The position numbers were made by a program, and so were the translations under genes. Positions 35,070 through 48,500 of a stretch of 64,000 nucleotides of DNA are shown here, piece after piece; positions within the stretch are counted from its first letter, which is position 1; each line of letters begins with the position of its first letter. A model generated the notes under the pieces. The model did no database searches. It saw nothing but the letters and a program-made list of their open reading frames with translations, and was not told the origin of the DNA. Source of the stretch: Squalus acanthias. Lineage: Eukaryota. The stretch lies in NCBI GenBank assembly GCA_030390025.1, contig CM059432.1, forward strand, positions 111,726,001-111,790,000. The letters are read 5' to 3'.

Positions 35070-35515
35070 GGGTATGGTAGCACAGTGGTTATGTTACTTG
35101 ACGAGTAATCCAGAGGCCTGGACTAATGATCTCAGAGACATGAGTTCAAATCCCACAATGACAGCTGGGGAATTTAAATTCAGTTAATTAAATAAATCTG
35201 GAATAAAAAGCTAGTATCAGTTATGGTGACCATGAAACTACCGGATTGTTGTAAAAACCCATCTGGTTCCTTGAGGGAAGGAAATCTGCCGTCCTTACCT
35301 GGTCTGGCCTATATGTGACTCCAGACCCACAGCAATGCGGTTGACTCTTAACTGCCCAGCAAGCCACTCAGTTGTACCAAACTGCTACAAAGAAGTATCC
35401 CGGACTGCAGCGGTTCAAGAAGGTGGCTCAGCACCAACTTCGCAAGGGCAATTAAGGATGGGCAATAAATGCTGGCCTTGCCAGCGATGCCCACATCCCA
35501 TGATCAAATAAAAAA
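35070..35515 (+). mobile_element. tRNA-derived bipartite SINE
   Basis: A box TAGCACAGTGG, B box GAGTTCAAATCC, body GGAAGGAAATCTGCCGTCCTTACCTGGTCTGGCC, tail GGGCAATAAATGCTGGCC ... poly(A). Confidence 0.88.
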
Positions 35516-36559
35516 AACACAGCTACAGACTGTTGAGAGCAACACTTACAGGTTGCACAGCAGGTACTCATGAGTGCCACTCAAACTTGTGCAGTCTGCA
35601 TCCGTGATGTGAATCACTGATATTCTGATTGTCACTTAATGTTTACAAAGAGTCATTTTCCTAGCATACCTTTTGGAACTGAATATCAGATGGGATGTAT
35701 TACAACCCACTCCATTTTCTATTTTATTGATGTCAACAGAACAGAAAATTGGACGGGATATGAAATGGCTGCCGATTCATTATCGCTCATTTTGCATTCC
35801 TGCCGCAGACTAATTTCAACCCCAATGTTTTTATTAATTTACAAAATAATGTTTCTATGACCAATTAAGGGGAAAACCTTGTGAATCACATTTGACTGCC
35901 ACTTATAAGTTATCGGGTCATTCTCATTCTTAGGAACATAAAGAGGCTAGAATATTTCTCTATACACTGAAGTAAAAAGCCAACCAGTTTAGGAAAAATA
36001 CTGTTTTATACCTATAATCATGTGACAGTTTAGATTAGATAACAAAACTTATAGTATAAACGTAAGATTATAACTTGATAAACTAGTAGTAATTGGTGTG
36101 CCACAATCATTAATTCCTTACTTATCTCTATGCATCAACGCAGAATTTACAGACCATCAGCTTTCACTATGATGCCATTGCTGAGAAAAAATTCCCAGAA
36201 TAAACTAAACCTTTCTTGAATGAACTTACCAGTAAAGGGAGCCTGGGTTCGAAATCGAGCTGCAATGCTTTAGTGCCGATTTTCTGAAAACATTCCCTCA
36301 TGAATGTGAGAAAATTATCTTTAAAATTATAAACATAATAATAGATATGCTGGAGAGAATGCAAGACTAAATTCACCTTGGGGTTCAGTGTAATTCTCCC
36401 AGGTATCCATGATTATGCATGTAGGTCAAGATTTACGCACAAACAAATTTCTCTTCATATGTAGTTTTCTTGAGGGAAATCCTGCTTGTAACATATGTTG
36501 TGTAACCAGAATCTCAGGATGAATACCATTACGGTCCGGCAAAAATAAAATAGGCGGCG

Positions 36560-39500
36560 ACCCAGCACAGATCATGCAAGCGGGAGAGCCCGGCACAGAT
36601 ATAATGAGCGGAAGTGCCCGGCACAGATATAACGAGCGGGAGAGCGGGTACAGATACAATGAGCGGGAGAGACCGGCACAGATACAACGAGCGGGAGAGC
36701 CCGGTACAGATATAACGAGCGGGAGAGCGGGTACAGATACAACAAGCGGGAGAGCCCGGCACAGATACAACGAGCGGGAGAGCCCGGCACAGATATAACG
36801 AGCGGGAGAGCCCGGCACAGATATAACGAGCGGGAGAGCGGGCACAGATATAACGAGCGGGAGAGCACGGCACAGATATAATGAGCGGAAGTGCCCGGCA
36901 CAGATATAACGAGCGGGAGAGCGGGCACAGATATAACGAGCGGAAGAGCCCGGCACAGATATAACGAGCGGGAGAGCGGGCACAGATATAACGAGCGGGA
37001 GAGCACGGCACAGATATAATGAACGGAAGTGCCCGGCACAGATATAACAAGCGGGAGAGCGGGCACAGATATAATGAGCGGAAGAGCCCGGCACAGATAT
37101 AACGAGCGGGATAGCGGGCACAGATATAACGAGCGGGAGAGCCCGGCACAGATATAATGAGCGGGAGAGCCCGGCACAGATATAACGAGCGGGAGAGCGG
37201 GCACAGATATAATGAGCGGGAGAGCCCGGCACAGATATAACGAGCGGGAGAGCCCATCACAGATATAACGAGCGGGAGAGCACGGCACAGATATAACGAG
37301 CAGGAGAGCCCGGCACAGATATAACGAGCAGGAGAGCCCGGAACAGATATAACGAGCAGGAGAGCCCGGCACAGATATAACGAGCAGCATAGCGGGCACA
37401 GATATAACGAGCAGGAGAGACCGGCACAGATACAACGAGCGGGAGAGCCCGGCACAGATATAACGAGCGGGAGAGCCCGGAACAGATATAACGAACAGGA
37501 GAGCCCGGCACAGATATAACGAGCGGGAGAGCGGGCACAGATATAACGAGCAGGAGAGCGGGCACAGATATAACGAGCAGGAGAGCGGACACAGATATAA
37601 CGAGAGGGAGAGCGGGCACAGATATAACGAGCGGGAGAGTGGGCACAGATATAACGAGCGGGAGAGCGGGCACAGATATAACGAGAGGGAGAGCGGGCAC
37701 AGATATAACGAGCGGGAGAGCGGACACAGATATAACGAGAGGGAGAGCGGGCACAGATATAACGAGCGGGAGAGTGGGCACAGATATAAGGAGCGGGAGA
37801 GCCCGGCACAGATATAACGAGTGGGAGAGCGGGCACAGATATAACGAGCGGGAGAGCGAGCACAGATATAACGAGTGGGAGAGCCCGGCACAGATATAAT
37901 GAGTGGGAGAGTGGGCACAGATATAACGAGCGGGAGAGCGGGCACAGATATAACGAGAGGGAGAGAGGACACAGATATAACGAGAGGGAGAGCGGGCACA
38001 GATATAACGAGCGGGAGAGCGGACACAGATATAACAAGCAGGAGAGCGGGCACAGTTATAACGAACGGGAGAGCCTGGCACAGATATAACGAGCGGGAGA
38101 GCGGGCACAGTTATAACGAGCGGGAGAGCCCGGCACAGATATAACGAGCGGGGGAGAGGGCACAGATATAACGAGCGGGAGAGTGGGCACAGTTATAACG
38201 AGCGGGAGAGCCCAGCACAGATATAACGAGCGGGGGAGAGGGCACAGATATAACGAGCAGGAGACACCGGCACAGATTTAACGAGCGGGAGAGCGGGCAC
38301 AGATATAACGAGCGAGAGAGCGGGCACAGATATAACGAGCAGGAGACACCGGCACAGATATAACGAGTGGGAGAGCGGGCACAGATATAACGAGCAGAAG
38401 AGCGGGCACAGATATAACGAGCGGGAGACACCGGCACAGATATAATGAACGGGAGAGCGGGCACAGATATAACGAGCGGGAGAGCGAGCACAGATATAAT
38501 GAGCGGGAGAGCGGGCACAGATAAAATGATCGTGAGAGCGAGCACAGATATAACGAGCGTGAGAGCGGGAACAGATATAACGAGCGGGATTGTGGGCGCA
38601 GATATAATGAGCGGGAGAGTGGGCACAGATATAACAAGCGGGAGAGTGGGCACAGTTATAACGATCAATGGAGCGGGCACAGATATAACGAGCGGGAGAG
38701 CGGGCACAGATATAACGAGCGGGAGAGCGGGCACAGTTATAACGATCAAGAGAGCGGACACAGATATAACGAGCGGGAGAGTGGGCACAGATATAACGAG
38801 TGGGTGAGCGGGCACAGATATAACGAGTGGGAGAGCCCGGCACAGATATAACGAGCAGGAGAGCCCGGCACAGATATAACGATTGGGAGAGCCCGGCACA
38901 GATATAATGAACAGGAGTGCGGGCACAGATATAACGAGCAGCATAGCGGGCACAGATATAACGAGCAGGATAGCGGGCACAGCTATAATGAGCGGGAGAG
39001 CCCGGCACAGATATAACGAGCAGGATAGCGGGCACAGATATAACGAGCGGGAGAGCGGGCACAGATATAACGAACAGGAGTGCGGGCACAGATATAACGA
39101 GCAGGATAGCGGGCACAGATATAAGGAGCAGGAGAGTGGGCACAGATATAACGAGCGGGAGAGCCCGGCACAGATATAACGAGCGGGAGAGCGGGCACAG
39201 ATATAACGAGCGGGAGAGCGGGCACAGATATAACGAGCGGGAGAGCGGGCACAGATATAACGAACGGGAGAGCGGGCACAGATATAACGAGCGGGATAGC
39301 GGGCACAGATATAACGAGCGGGAGAGCCCGGCACAGATATAACGAGCAGGATAGCCGGCACAGATATGACGAGCGGGAGAGCGGGCACAGATATAACGAG
39401 CGGGAGAGCCCGGCACAGATATAACGAGCGGGAGAGCGGGCACAGATATAACGAGCGGGAGAGACCGGCACAGATATAACGAGCGGGAGAGCGGGCACAG

Positions 39501-42500
39501 ATATAATGAGCGGGAGAGCCCGGCACAGATATAACGAGCGGGAGAGCGGGCAGATATAACGAGCGGGAGAGCGGGCACAGATATAACGAGCGGGAGTGCG
39601 GGCACAGATATAACGAGCGGCAGAGCGGGCACAGATATAACGAGCAGGATAGCGGGCACAGATATAACGAGCGGGAGAGCGGGCACAGATATAACGAGCA
39701 GGAGAGTCCGGCACAGATATAACGAGTGGGAGAGCGGGCACAGATATAACGAGCAAAAGAGCTCGGCACAGATATAACGAGCGGGATAGCGGGCACAGAT
39801 ATAACGAGCGGGATAGCGGGCACAGATATAACGAGCGGGATAGCGGGCACAGATATAACGAGCGGGATAGTGGGCACAGATATAACGAGCGGGAGAGCGG
39901 GCACAGATATAACGAGCAGGAGAGCCCGGCACAGATATAACGAGCAGGAGAGCCCGGCACAGATATAACGAGCGGGAGAGCGGGCACAGATATAACGAGC
40001 GGGAGAGCGGGAACAGATATAACGAGCGGGAGAGCGGGCACAGATATAACGAGCGGGAGAGCGGGAACAGATATAACGAGCGGGAGAGTCTGGCACAGAT
40101 ATAAGGTGCTCGAGAGCGGGAACAGATATAACGAGAGGTGGAGCGGGCACAGATATAACGAGCAAAAGAGCTCGGTACAGATATAACGAGTGGGAGTTCC
40201 CGGCACAGATATAACGAGCCGGAGAGCGGGCACAGATATAACAAGTGGGAGTTCCTGGCACCGATATAACGAGTAGGAGAGCCCGGCACAGATATAACGA
40301 GTGGGAGAGCGGGCACAGATATAACGAGCGGGAGAGCGGGCACAGATATAACGAGCGGGAGAGCCCGGCACAGATATAACGAACAGGAAAGCGGGCACAG
40401 ATATAATGAGTGGGAGTTCCTGGCACACATATAACGAGTAGGAGAGCGGACACAGATATAACGAGCGGGAGAGCGGGCACAGATATAACGAGCGCAAGAG
40501 CCCGGCACAGATATAACGAGCGGGAGAGCCCGGCACAGATATAATGAGCGGGAGAGCGGGTATGATATAACGAACAGGAGAGTGGGCACAGATATAACGA
40601 GCAGGATAGTGTGCACAGATATAATGAACAGGAGAGCGGGCACAGATATAAGGAACAGGAGAGCGGGCACAGATATAACGAGCGGGAGAGCGGGTATGAT
40701 ATAACGAACAGGAGAGTGGGCACAGATATAACGAGCAGGATAGCGGGCACAGATATAACAAGAGGGAGAGCGGGCACAGATATAACGAGTGGGAGAGCGG
40801 GGACAGATGTAACGAGCGGGAACAGATATAACGAGCGGGAGAGCGGGCACAGATATAACGAGCAAAAGAGCTCGGCACAGATATAACGAGCGGGATAGCG
40901 GGCACAGATATAATGAGCGGGATAGCGGGCACAGATATAACGAGCGGGATAGCGGGCACAGATATAACGAGCGGGATAGTGGGCACAGATATAATGAGTG
41001 GGAGAGTGGGCACAGATATAACGAGCGGGAGAACGGGCACAGATATAACGAGAGGGAGAGAGGACACAGATATAACGAGAGGGAGAGCGGGCACAGATAT
41101 AACGAGCGGGAGAGCGGACACAGATATAACAAGCAGGAGAGCGGGCACAGTTATAACGAACGGGAGAGCCTGGCACAGATATAACGAGCGGGAGAGCGGG
41201 CACAGTTATAACGAGCGGGAGAGCCCGGCACAGATACAACGAGCGGGGAGAGGGCACAGATATAACGAGCGGGAGAGTGGGCACAGTTATAACGAGCGGG
41301 AGAGCCCAGCACAGATATAACGAGCGGGGGAGAGGGCACAGATATAACAAGCAGGAGACACCGGCACAGATTTAACGAGCGGGAGACACCGGCACAGATA
41401 TAACGAGCGAGAGAGCGGGCACAGATATAACGAGCAGGAGACACCGGCACAGATATAACGAGTGGGAGAGCGGGCACAGATATAACGAGCAGAAGAGCGG
41501 GCACAGATATAACGAGCGGGAGACACCGGCACAGATATAATGAACGGGAGAGCGGGCACAGATATAACGAGCGGGAGAGCGGGCACAGATATAATGAGCG
41601 GGAGAGCGGGCACAGATAAAATGATCGTGAGAGCGAGCACCGATATAACGAGCGTGAGAGCGGGAACAGATATAACGAGCGGGATTGTGGGCGCAGATAT
41701 AATGAGCGGGAGAGTGGGCACAGATATAACAAGCGGGAGAGTGGGCACAGTTATAACGATCAAGAGAGCGGGCACAGCTATAACGAGCGGGAGAGCGGGC
41801 ACAGATATAACGAGCGGGAGAGCGGGCACAGTTATAACGATCAAGAGAGCGGACACAGATATAACGAGCGGGAGAGTGGGCACAGATATAACGAGTGGGT
41901 GAGCGGGCACAGATATAACGAGTGGGAGAGCCCGGCACAGATATAACGAGCAGGAGAGCCCGGCACAGATATAACGAGCGGGAGAGCCCGGCACAGATAT
42001 AATGAACAGGAGTGCGGGCACAGATATAACGAGCAGCATAGCGGGCACAGATATAACGAGCAGGATAGCGGGCACAGCTATAATGAGCGGGAGAGCCCGG
42101 CACAGATATAACGAGCAGGATAGCGGGCACAGATATAACGAGCGGGAGAGCGGGCACAGATATAACGAACAGGAGTGCGGGCACAGATATAACGAGCAGG
42201 ATAGCGGGCACAGATATAACGAGCAGGATAGTGGGCACAGATATAACGAGCGGGAGAGCCCGGCACAGATATAACGAGCGGGAGAGCGGGCACAGATATA
42301 ACGAGCGGGAGAGCGGGCACAGATATAACGAGCGGGAGAGCGGGCACAGATATAACGAACGGGAGAGCGGGCACAGATATAACGAGCGGGATAGCGGGCA
42401 CAGATATAACGAGCGGGAGAGCCCGGCACAGATATAACGAGCAGGATAGCCGGCACAGATATGACGAGCGGGAGAGCGGGCACAGATATAACGAGCGGGA

Positions 42501-45500
42501 GAGCCCGGCACAGATATAACGAGCGGGAGAGCGGGCACAGATATAACGAGCGGGAGAGACCGGCACAGATATAACGAGCGGGAGAGCGGGCACAGATATA
42601 ATGAGCGGGAGAGCCCGGCACAGATATAACGAGCGGGAGAGCGGGCAGATATAACGAGTGAAAGAGCGGGCACGGATATAACGAGCGGGAGTGCGGGCAC
42701 AGATATAACGAGCGGCAGAGCGGGCATAGATATAACGAGCAGGATAGCGGGCACAGATATAACGAGCGGGAGAGCGGGCACAGATATAACGAGCAGGAGA
42801 GTCCGGCACAGATATAACGAGTGGGAGAGCGGGCACAGATATAACGAGCAAAAGAGCTCGGCACAGATATAACGAGCGGGATAGCGGGCACAGATATAAC
42901 GAGCGGGATAGCGGGCACAGATATAACGAGCGGGATAGCGGGCACAGATATAACGAGCGGGATAGTGGGCACAGATATAACGAGCGGGAGAGCGGGCACA
43001 GATATAACGAGCAGGAGAGCCCGGCACAGATATAACGAGCGGGAGAGCGGGCACAGATATAACGAGCGGGAGAGCGGGCACAGATATAACGAGCGGGAGA
43101 GCGGGCACAGATATAACGAGCGGGAGAGCGGGCACAGATATAACGAGCAGGAGAGTCCAGCAAGATTTAACGAGTGGGAGAGTCTGGCACAGATATAACG
43201 AGCAGGAGAGTCTGGCACAGATATAACGAGCGGGAGAGCACGGCACAGATATAACGAGCAGGAGAGCCCGGCACAGATATAACGAGCGGGAGAGCGAGAA
43301 CAGTTATAACGAGTGGGAGAGCGGGCACAGATATAACGAGAGGGAGAGCAGGCACAGATATAACGAGCAGGATACCGATAACAGTTATAACGAGCGGGAG
43401 AGCGGGCACAGATATAACGAGCGGGAGAGCGGGCACAGATATAACGAGCAGCAGAGTCCGGCACAGATATAACGAGCGGGAGAGCGGGCACAGATATAAC
43501 GAGCAGGAGAACGAGAACAGTTATAACGAGCGGGAGAGCGGGCACAGAAATAACGAGCAGGAGAGCAGGCACAGATATAACGAGCGGGAGAGCGAGAACA
43601 GATATAATGAGAGGGAGAGCCCGGCACAAATATAACGAGCAGGAGAGTGGGCACAGATATAACGAGCAGGAGAACAAGAACAGTTATAACGAGCGGGAGA
43701 GTGGGCACAGATATAACGAGCGGGAGAGCGGGCACAGATATAACGAGCGGGAGAGCGGGCACAGATATAACGAGCGGGAGAGCGGGCACAGATATAACGA
43801 GCGGGAGAGCGGGCACAGATATAACGAGCGGGAGAGCGGGCACAGATATAACGAGCGGGAGAGCCCGGCACAGATATCACGAGCGGGAGAGTGGGCACAG
43901 ATATAACGAGCGGGAGAGCAGGCACAGATATAACGAGCGGGAGAGCGGGCACAGATATAACGAGCGGGAGAGCGGGCACGGATATAACGAGTGGGAGAGC
44001 CCGGCACAGATATAACGAGCGGGAGAGCGGGCACTGATATAACGAGCAGGAGAGCCCGGCACAGATATAACGAGCGGGAGAGCCCGGCACAGATATAACG
44101 AGCGGGAGAGCGGGCACAGATATAACGAGCAGGAGAGCCCGGCACAGATATAACGAGCGGGAGAGCCCGGCACAGATATAACGAGCAGAAGTGTCCGGCA
44201 CAGATATAACGAGCAGGAGAGCCCGGCACAGATATAACGAGCGGGAGAGCGAGAACAGTTATAACGAGCGGGAGAGCGGGCACAGATATAACGAGAGGGA
44301 GAGCAGGCACAGATATAACGAGCAGGATACCGATAACAGTTATAACGAGCGGGAGAGCGGGCACAGATATAACGAGCGGGAGAGCGGGCACAGATATAAC
44401 GAGCAGCAGAGTCCGGCACAGATATAACGAGCGGGAGAGCGGGCACAGATATAACGAGCAGGAGAACGAGAACAGTTATAACGAGCGGGAGAGCGGGCAC
44501 AGAAATAACGAGCAGGAGAGCAGGCACAGATATAACGAGCGGGAGAGCGAGAACAGATATAACGAGAGGGAGAGCCCGGCACAGATATAACGAGCAGGAG
44601 AGTGGGCACAGATATAACGAGCAGGAGAACAAGAACAGTTATAACGAGCGGGAGAGTGGGCACAGATATAACGAGCGGGAGAGCGGGCACAGATATAACG
44701 AGCGGGAGAGCGGGCACAGATAAAACGAGCGGGAGAGCGGGCACAGATATAACGAGTGGGAGAGCCCGGCACAGATATAACGAGCGGGAGAGCGGGCACA
44801 GATATAACGAGCGGGCGAGCGGGCACAGATATAACGAGCGGGAGAGCGGGCACAGATATAACGAGCGGGAGAGCGGGCACAGATATAACGAGCGGGAGAG
44901 CCCGGCACAGATATAACGAGCGGGAGAGCGGGCACAGATATAACGAGCAGGAGAGCCCGGCACAGATATAACGAGCGGGAGAGCCCAGCACAGATATAAC
45001 GAGCAGAAGTGTCCGGCACAGATATTACGAGTGGGAGAGCCCGGCACAGATATAACGAGCGGGAGAGCGGGCACAGATATAACGAGCAGGAGAGCGGGCA
45101 CAGTTTTAACGAGCGGGAGAGCCCGGCACAGATATAACGAGCGGGAGAGCGGGCACAGATATAACGAGCGGGAGAGCGGGCACAGATATAACGAGCAGGA
45201 GAGCGGGCACAGATATAACGAGCGGGAGAGCCCGGCACAGATATAACGAGCAGCATAGTCCGGCACAGATATAACGAGTGGGAGAGCGGGTACAGATATA
45301 ACGAGCGGGAGAGCGGGCACAGATATAACGAGCGGGAGAATGAGAACAGTTATAACGAGCGGGAGAGCCCGGCACAGATATAACGAGTGGGAGAGCCCGG
45401 CACAGATATAACGAGCGGGAGAGCGGGCACAGTTTTAATGAGCGGGAGAGCCCGGCACAGATATAACGAGCGGGAGAGCGGGCACAGATATAACGAGCAG

Positions 45501-48500
45501 GAGAGCCCGGCACAGATATAACGTGCGGGAGAGCGGGCACAGATAAAACGAGCAGGAGAGCAGGAACGGATATAACGAGAGGGAGAGCGGGCTCAGATAT
45601 AACGAGTAGGAGAGCCCAGCACAGATATAACGAGCGGGAGAGCGGGCACAGATATAACGAGTAGGAGAGCCCGGCACAAATATAACGAGCGGGAGAGCGG
45701 GCACAGTTTTAACGAGCGGGAGAGCCCGGCACAGATATAACGAGCGGGAGAGCGGGCACAGATATAACGAGCAGGAGAGTCCGGCACAGATATAACGAGT
45801 AGGAGAGCCCGGCACAAATATAACGAGCGGGAGAGCGGGCACAGTTTTAACGAGCGGGAGAGCCCGGCACAGATATAACGAGCGGGAGAGCGGGCACAGA
45901 TATAACGAGCAGGAGAGTCCGGCACAGATATAACGAGCGGGAGAGTCCGGCACAGATATAACGAGCAGGAGAGTCCGGCACAGATATAACGAGTGGGAGA
46001 GCCCGGCACAGATATAACGAGTGGGAGAGCGGGCACAGATATAACGAGCAGGACAGCGGGCACAGATATAACGAGAGGGAGAGCGGGCTCAGATATAACG
46101 AGCAGGAGAGTCCGGCACAGATATAACGAGCGGGAGAGCGGGCGCAGATATAACGAGCAGGAGAGTCCGGCACAGATATAACGAGTGGGAGAGCGGGCAC
46201 AGATATAACGAGCGGGAGAGCGGGCACAGTTTTAACGAGCGGGTGAGCCCGGCACAGATATAACGAGCGGGAGAGCGGGCACAGATATAACGAGCGGGAA
46301 AGCGGGCGCAGATATAACGAGCAGGAGAGCCCGGCACAGATATAACGTGCGGGAGAGCGGGCACAGATATAACGAGCAGGACAGCGGGCACAGATATAAC
46401 GAGAGGGAGAGCCCGGCACAGATATAATGTGCGGGAGAGCTGGCACAGATATAACGAGCAGGACAGCGGGCTCAGATATAACGAGTAGGAGAGCCCGGCA
46501 CAGATATAACGAGTGGGAGAGCGGGCACAGATATAACGAGTGGGAGAGCGGGCACAGTTTTAACGAGCGGGAGAGCCCGGCACAGATATAACGAGCGGGA
46601 GAGCGGGCACAGATATAACGAGTGGGAGAGCGGGCACAGTTTTAACGAGCGGGAGAGCCCGGCACAGTTATAACGAGCGGGAGAGCGGGCACAGATATAA
46701 CGAGCGGGAGAGCACGGCACAGATATAACGAGCAGGAGAGTCCGGCACAGTTATAACGAGCGGGAGAGCGGGCACAGATATAACGAGCGGGAGAGCACGG
46801 CACAGATATAACGAGCAGGAGAGTCCGGCACAGATATAACGAGCGGGAGAGCGGGCACAGATATAACGAGTGGGAGAGCGGGCACAGTTTTAACGAGCGG
46901 GAGAGCCCGGCACAGTTATAACGAGCGGGAGAGCGGGCACAGATATAACGAGCAGGAGAGCGGGCACAGATATAACGAGCGGGAGAGCCCGGCACAGATA
47001 TAACGAGCAGGAGAGTCCGGCACAGATATAACGAGTGGGAGAGCGGGTACAGATATAACGAGCGGGAGAGCGGGCACAGATATAACGAGCGGGAGAATGA
47101 GAACAGTTATAACGAGCGGGAGAGCCCGGCACAGCTATAACGAGCAGGAGAGTCCGGCACAGATATAACGAGTGGGAGAGCCCGGCACAGATATAACGAG
47201 TGGGAGAGCGGGCACAGTTTTAACGAGCGGGAGAGCCCGGCACAGATATAACGAGCGGGAGAGCAGGCACAGATATAACGAGCGGGAGAGCGGGCGCAGA
47301 TATAACGAGCAGGAGAGCCCGGCACAGATATAACGTGCGGGAGAGCGGGCACAGATATAACGAGCAGGAGAACGAGAACAGTTATAACGAGCGCGAGAGC
47401 GAGCACCGATATAATGAGCGGGAGAACGAGAACAGTTATAACGAGCGGGAGAGCGGGCACAGATATAACGAGCAGGAGAACGAGAACAGTTATAACGAGC
47501 GGGAGAGCGGGCACAGATATAACGAGCAGGAGAGCGGGCACAGATATAACGAGTGGGAGAGCGGGCACAGATATAACGAGCGGGAGAGCGGGCACAGATA
47601 AAATGAGAGGGAGAGCGGGCACATATATAACGAGCGGGAGAGCGGGTATGATATAACGAACAGGAGAGTGGGCACAGATATAACGAGCAGGATAGTGTGC
47701 ACAGATATAACGAGCAGGAGAGCGGGCACAGATATAACGAACAGGAGAGTGGGCACAGATATAACGAGCAGGATAGCGGGCACAGATATAACGAGAGGGA
47801 GAGCGGGCACAGATATAACGAGTGGGAGAGCGGGGACAGATGTAACGAGCGGGAACAGCTATAACGAGCGGGAGAGTGGGCACAGATATAATGAGCGGGA
47901 GAGTGGGCACAGATATAACGAGCGGGACAGTGGGCACAGATATAACGAGCGTGAGAGCGGGCACAGATATAACGAGTGGGAGTTACCGGCACAGATAAAA
48001 CGAGCGGGAGAGCGGGCACAGATATAACGAGCGGGAGAGCGGGCACAGATATAACGAGCGTGAGAGCGGGCACAGATATAACGAGTGGGAGTTACCGGCA
48101 CAGATAAAACGAGCGGGAGAGCTGGCACAGATATAACGAGCGGGAGAGCGGGCACAGATATAACGAGCGGGACAGTGGGCACAGATATAACGAGCGTGAG
48201 AGCGGGCACAGATATAACGAGTGGGAGTTCCCGGGACAGATATAACGAGCGGGAGAGCGGGCACAGATAAAACGAGCGGGAGAGGCCGGCACAGATATAA
48301 CGAGCGGGAGAGCGGGCACAGATATAACGAGCGGGAGAGCGGGCACAGATATAATGAGCGGGAGAGCGGGCACAGATATAACGGGCAGGAGAGCCCGGCA
48401 CAGATATAACGAGCAGGAGAGCCCGGCACAGATATAACGAGCGGGAGAGCGGGCACAGTTTTAACGAGCGGGAGAGCGGGCACAGATATAACGAGCGGGA

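Noticed and set aside
35735..35825. Tiny MITE-like remnant (also 14893-15028)
   Set aside because: Only short imperfect inverted ends and no clear TSD; too weak to call
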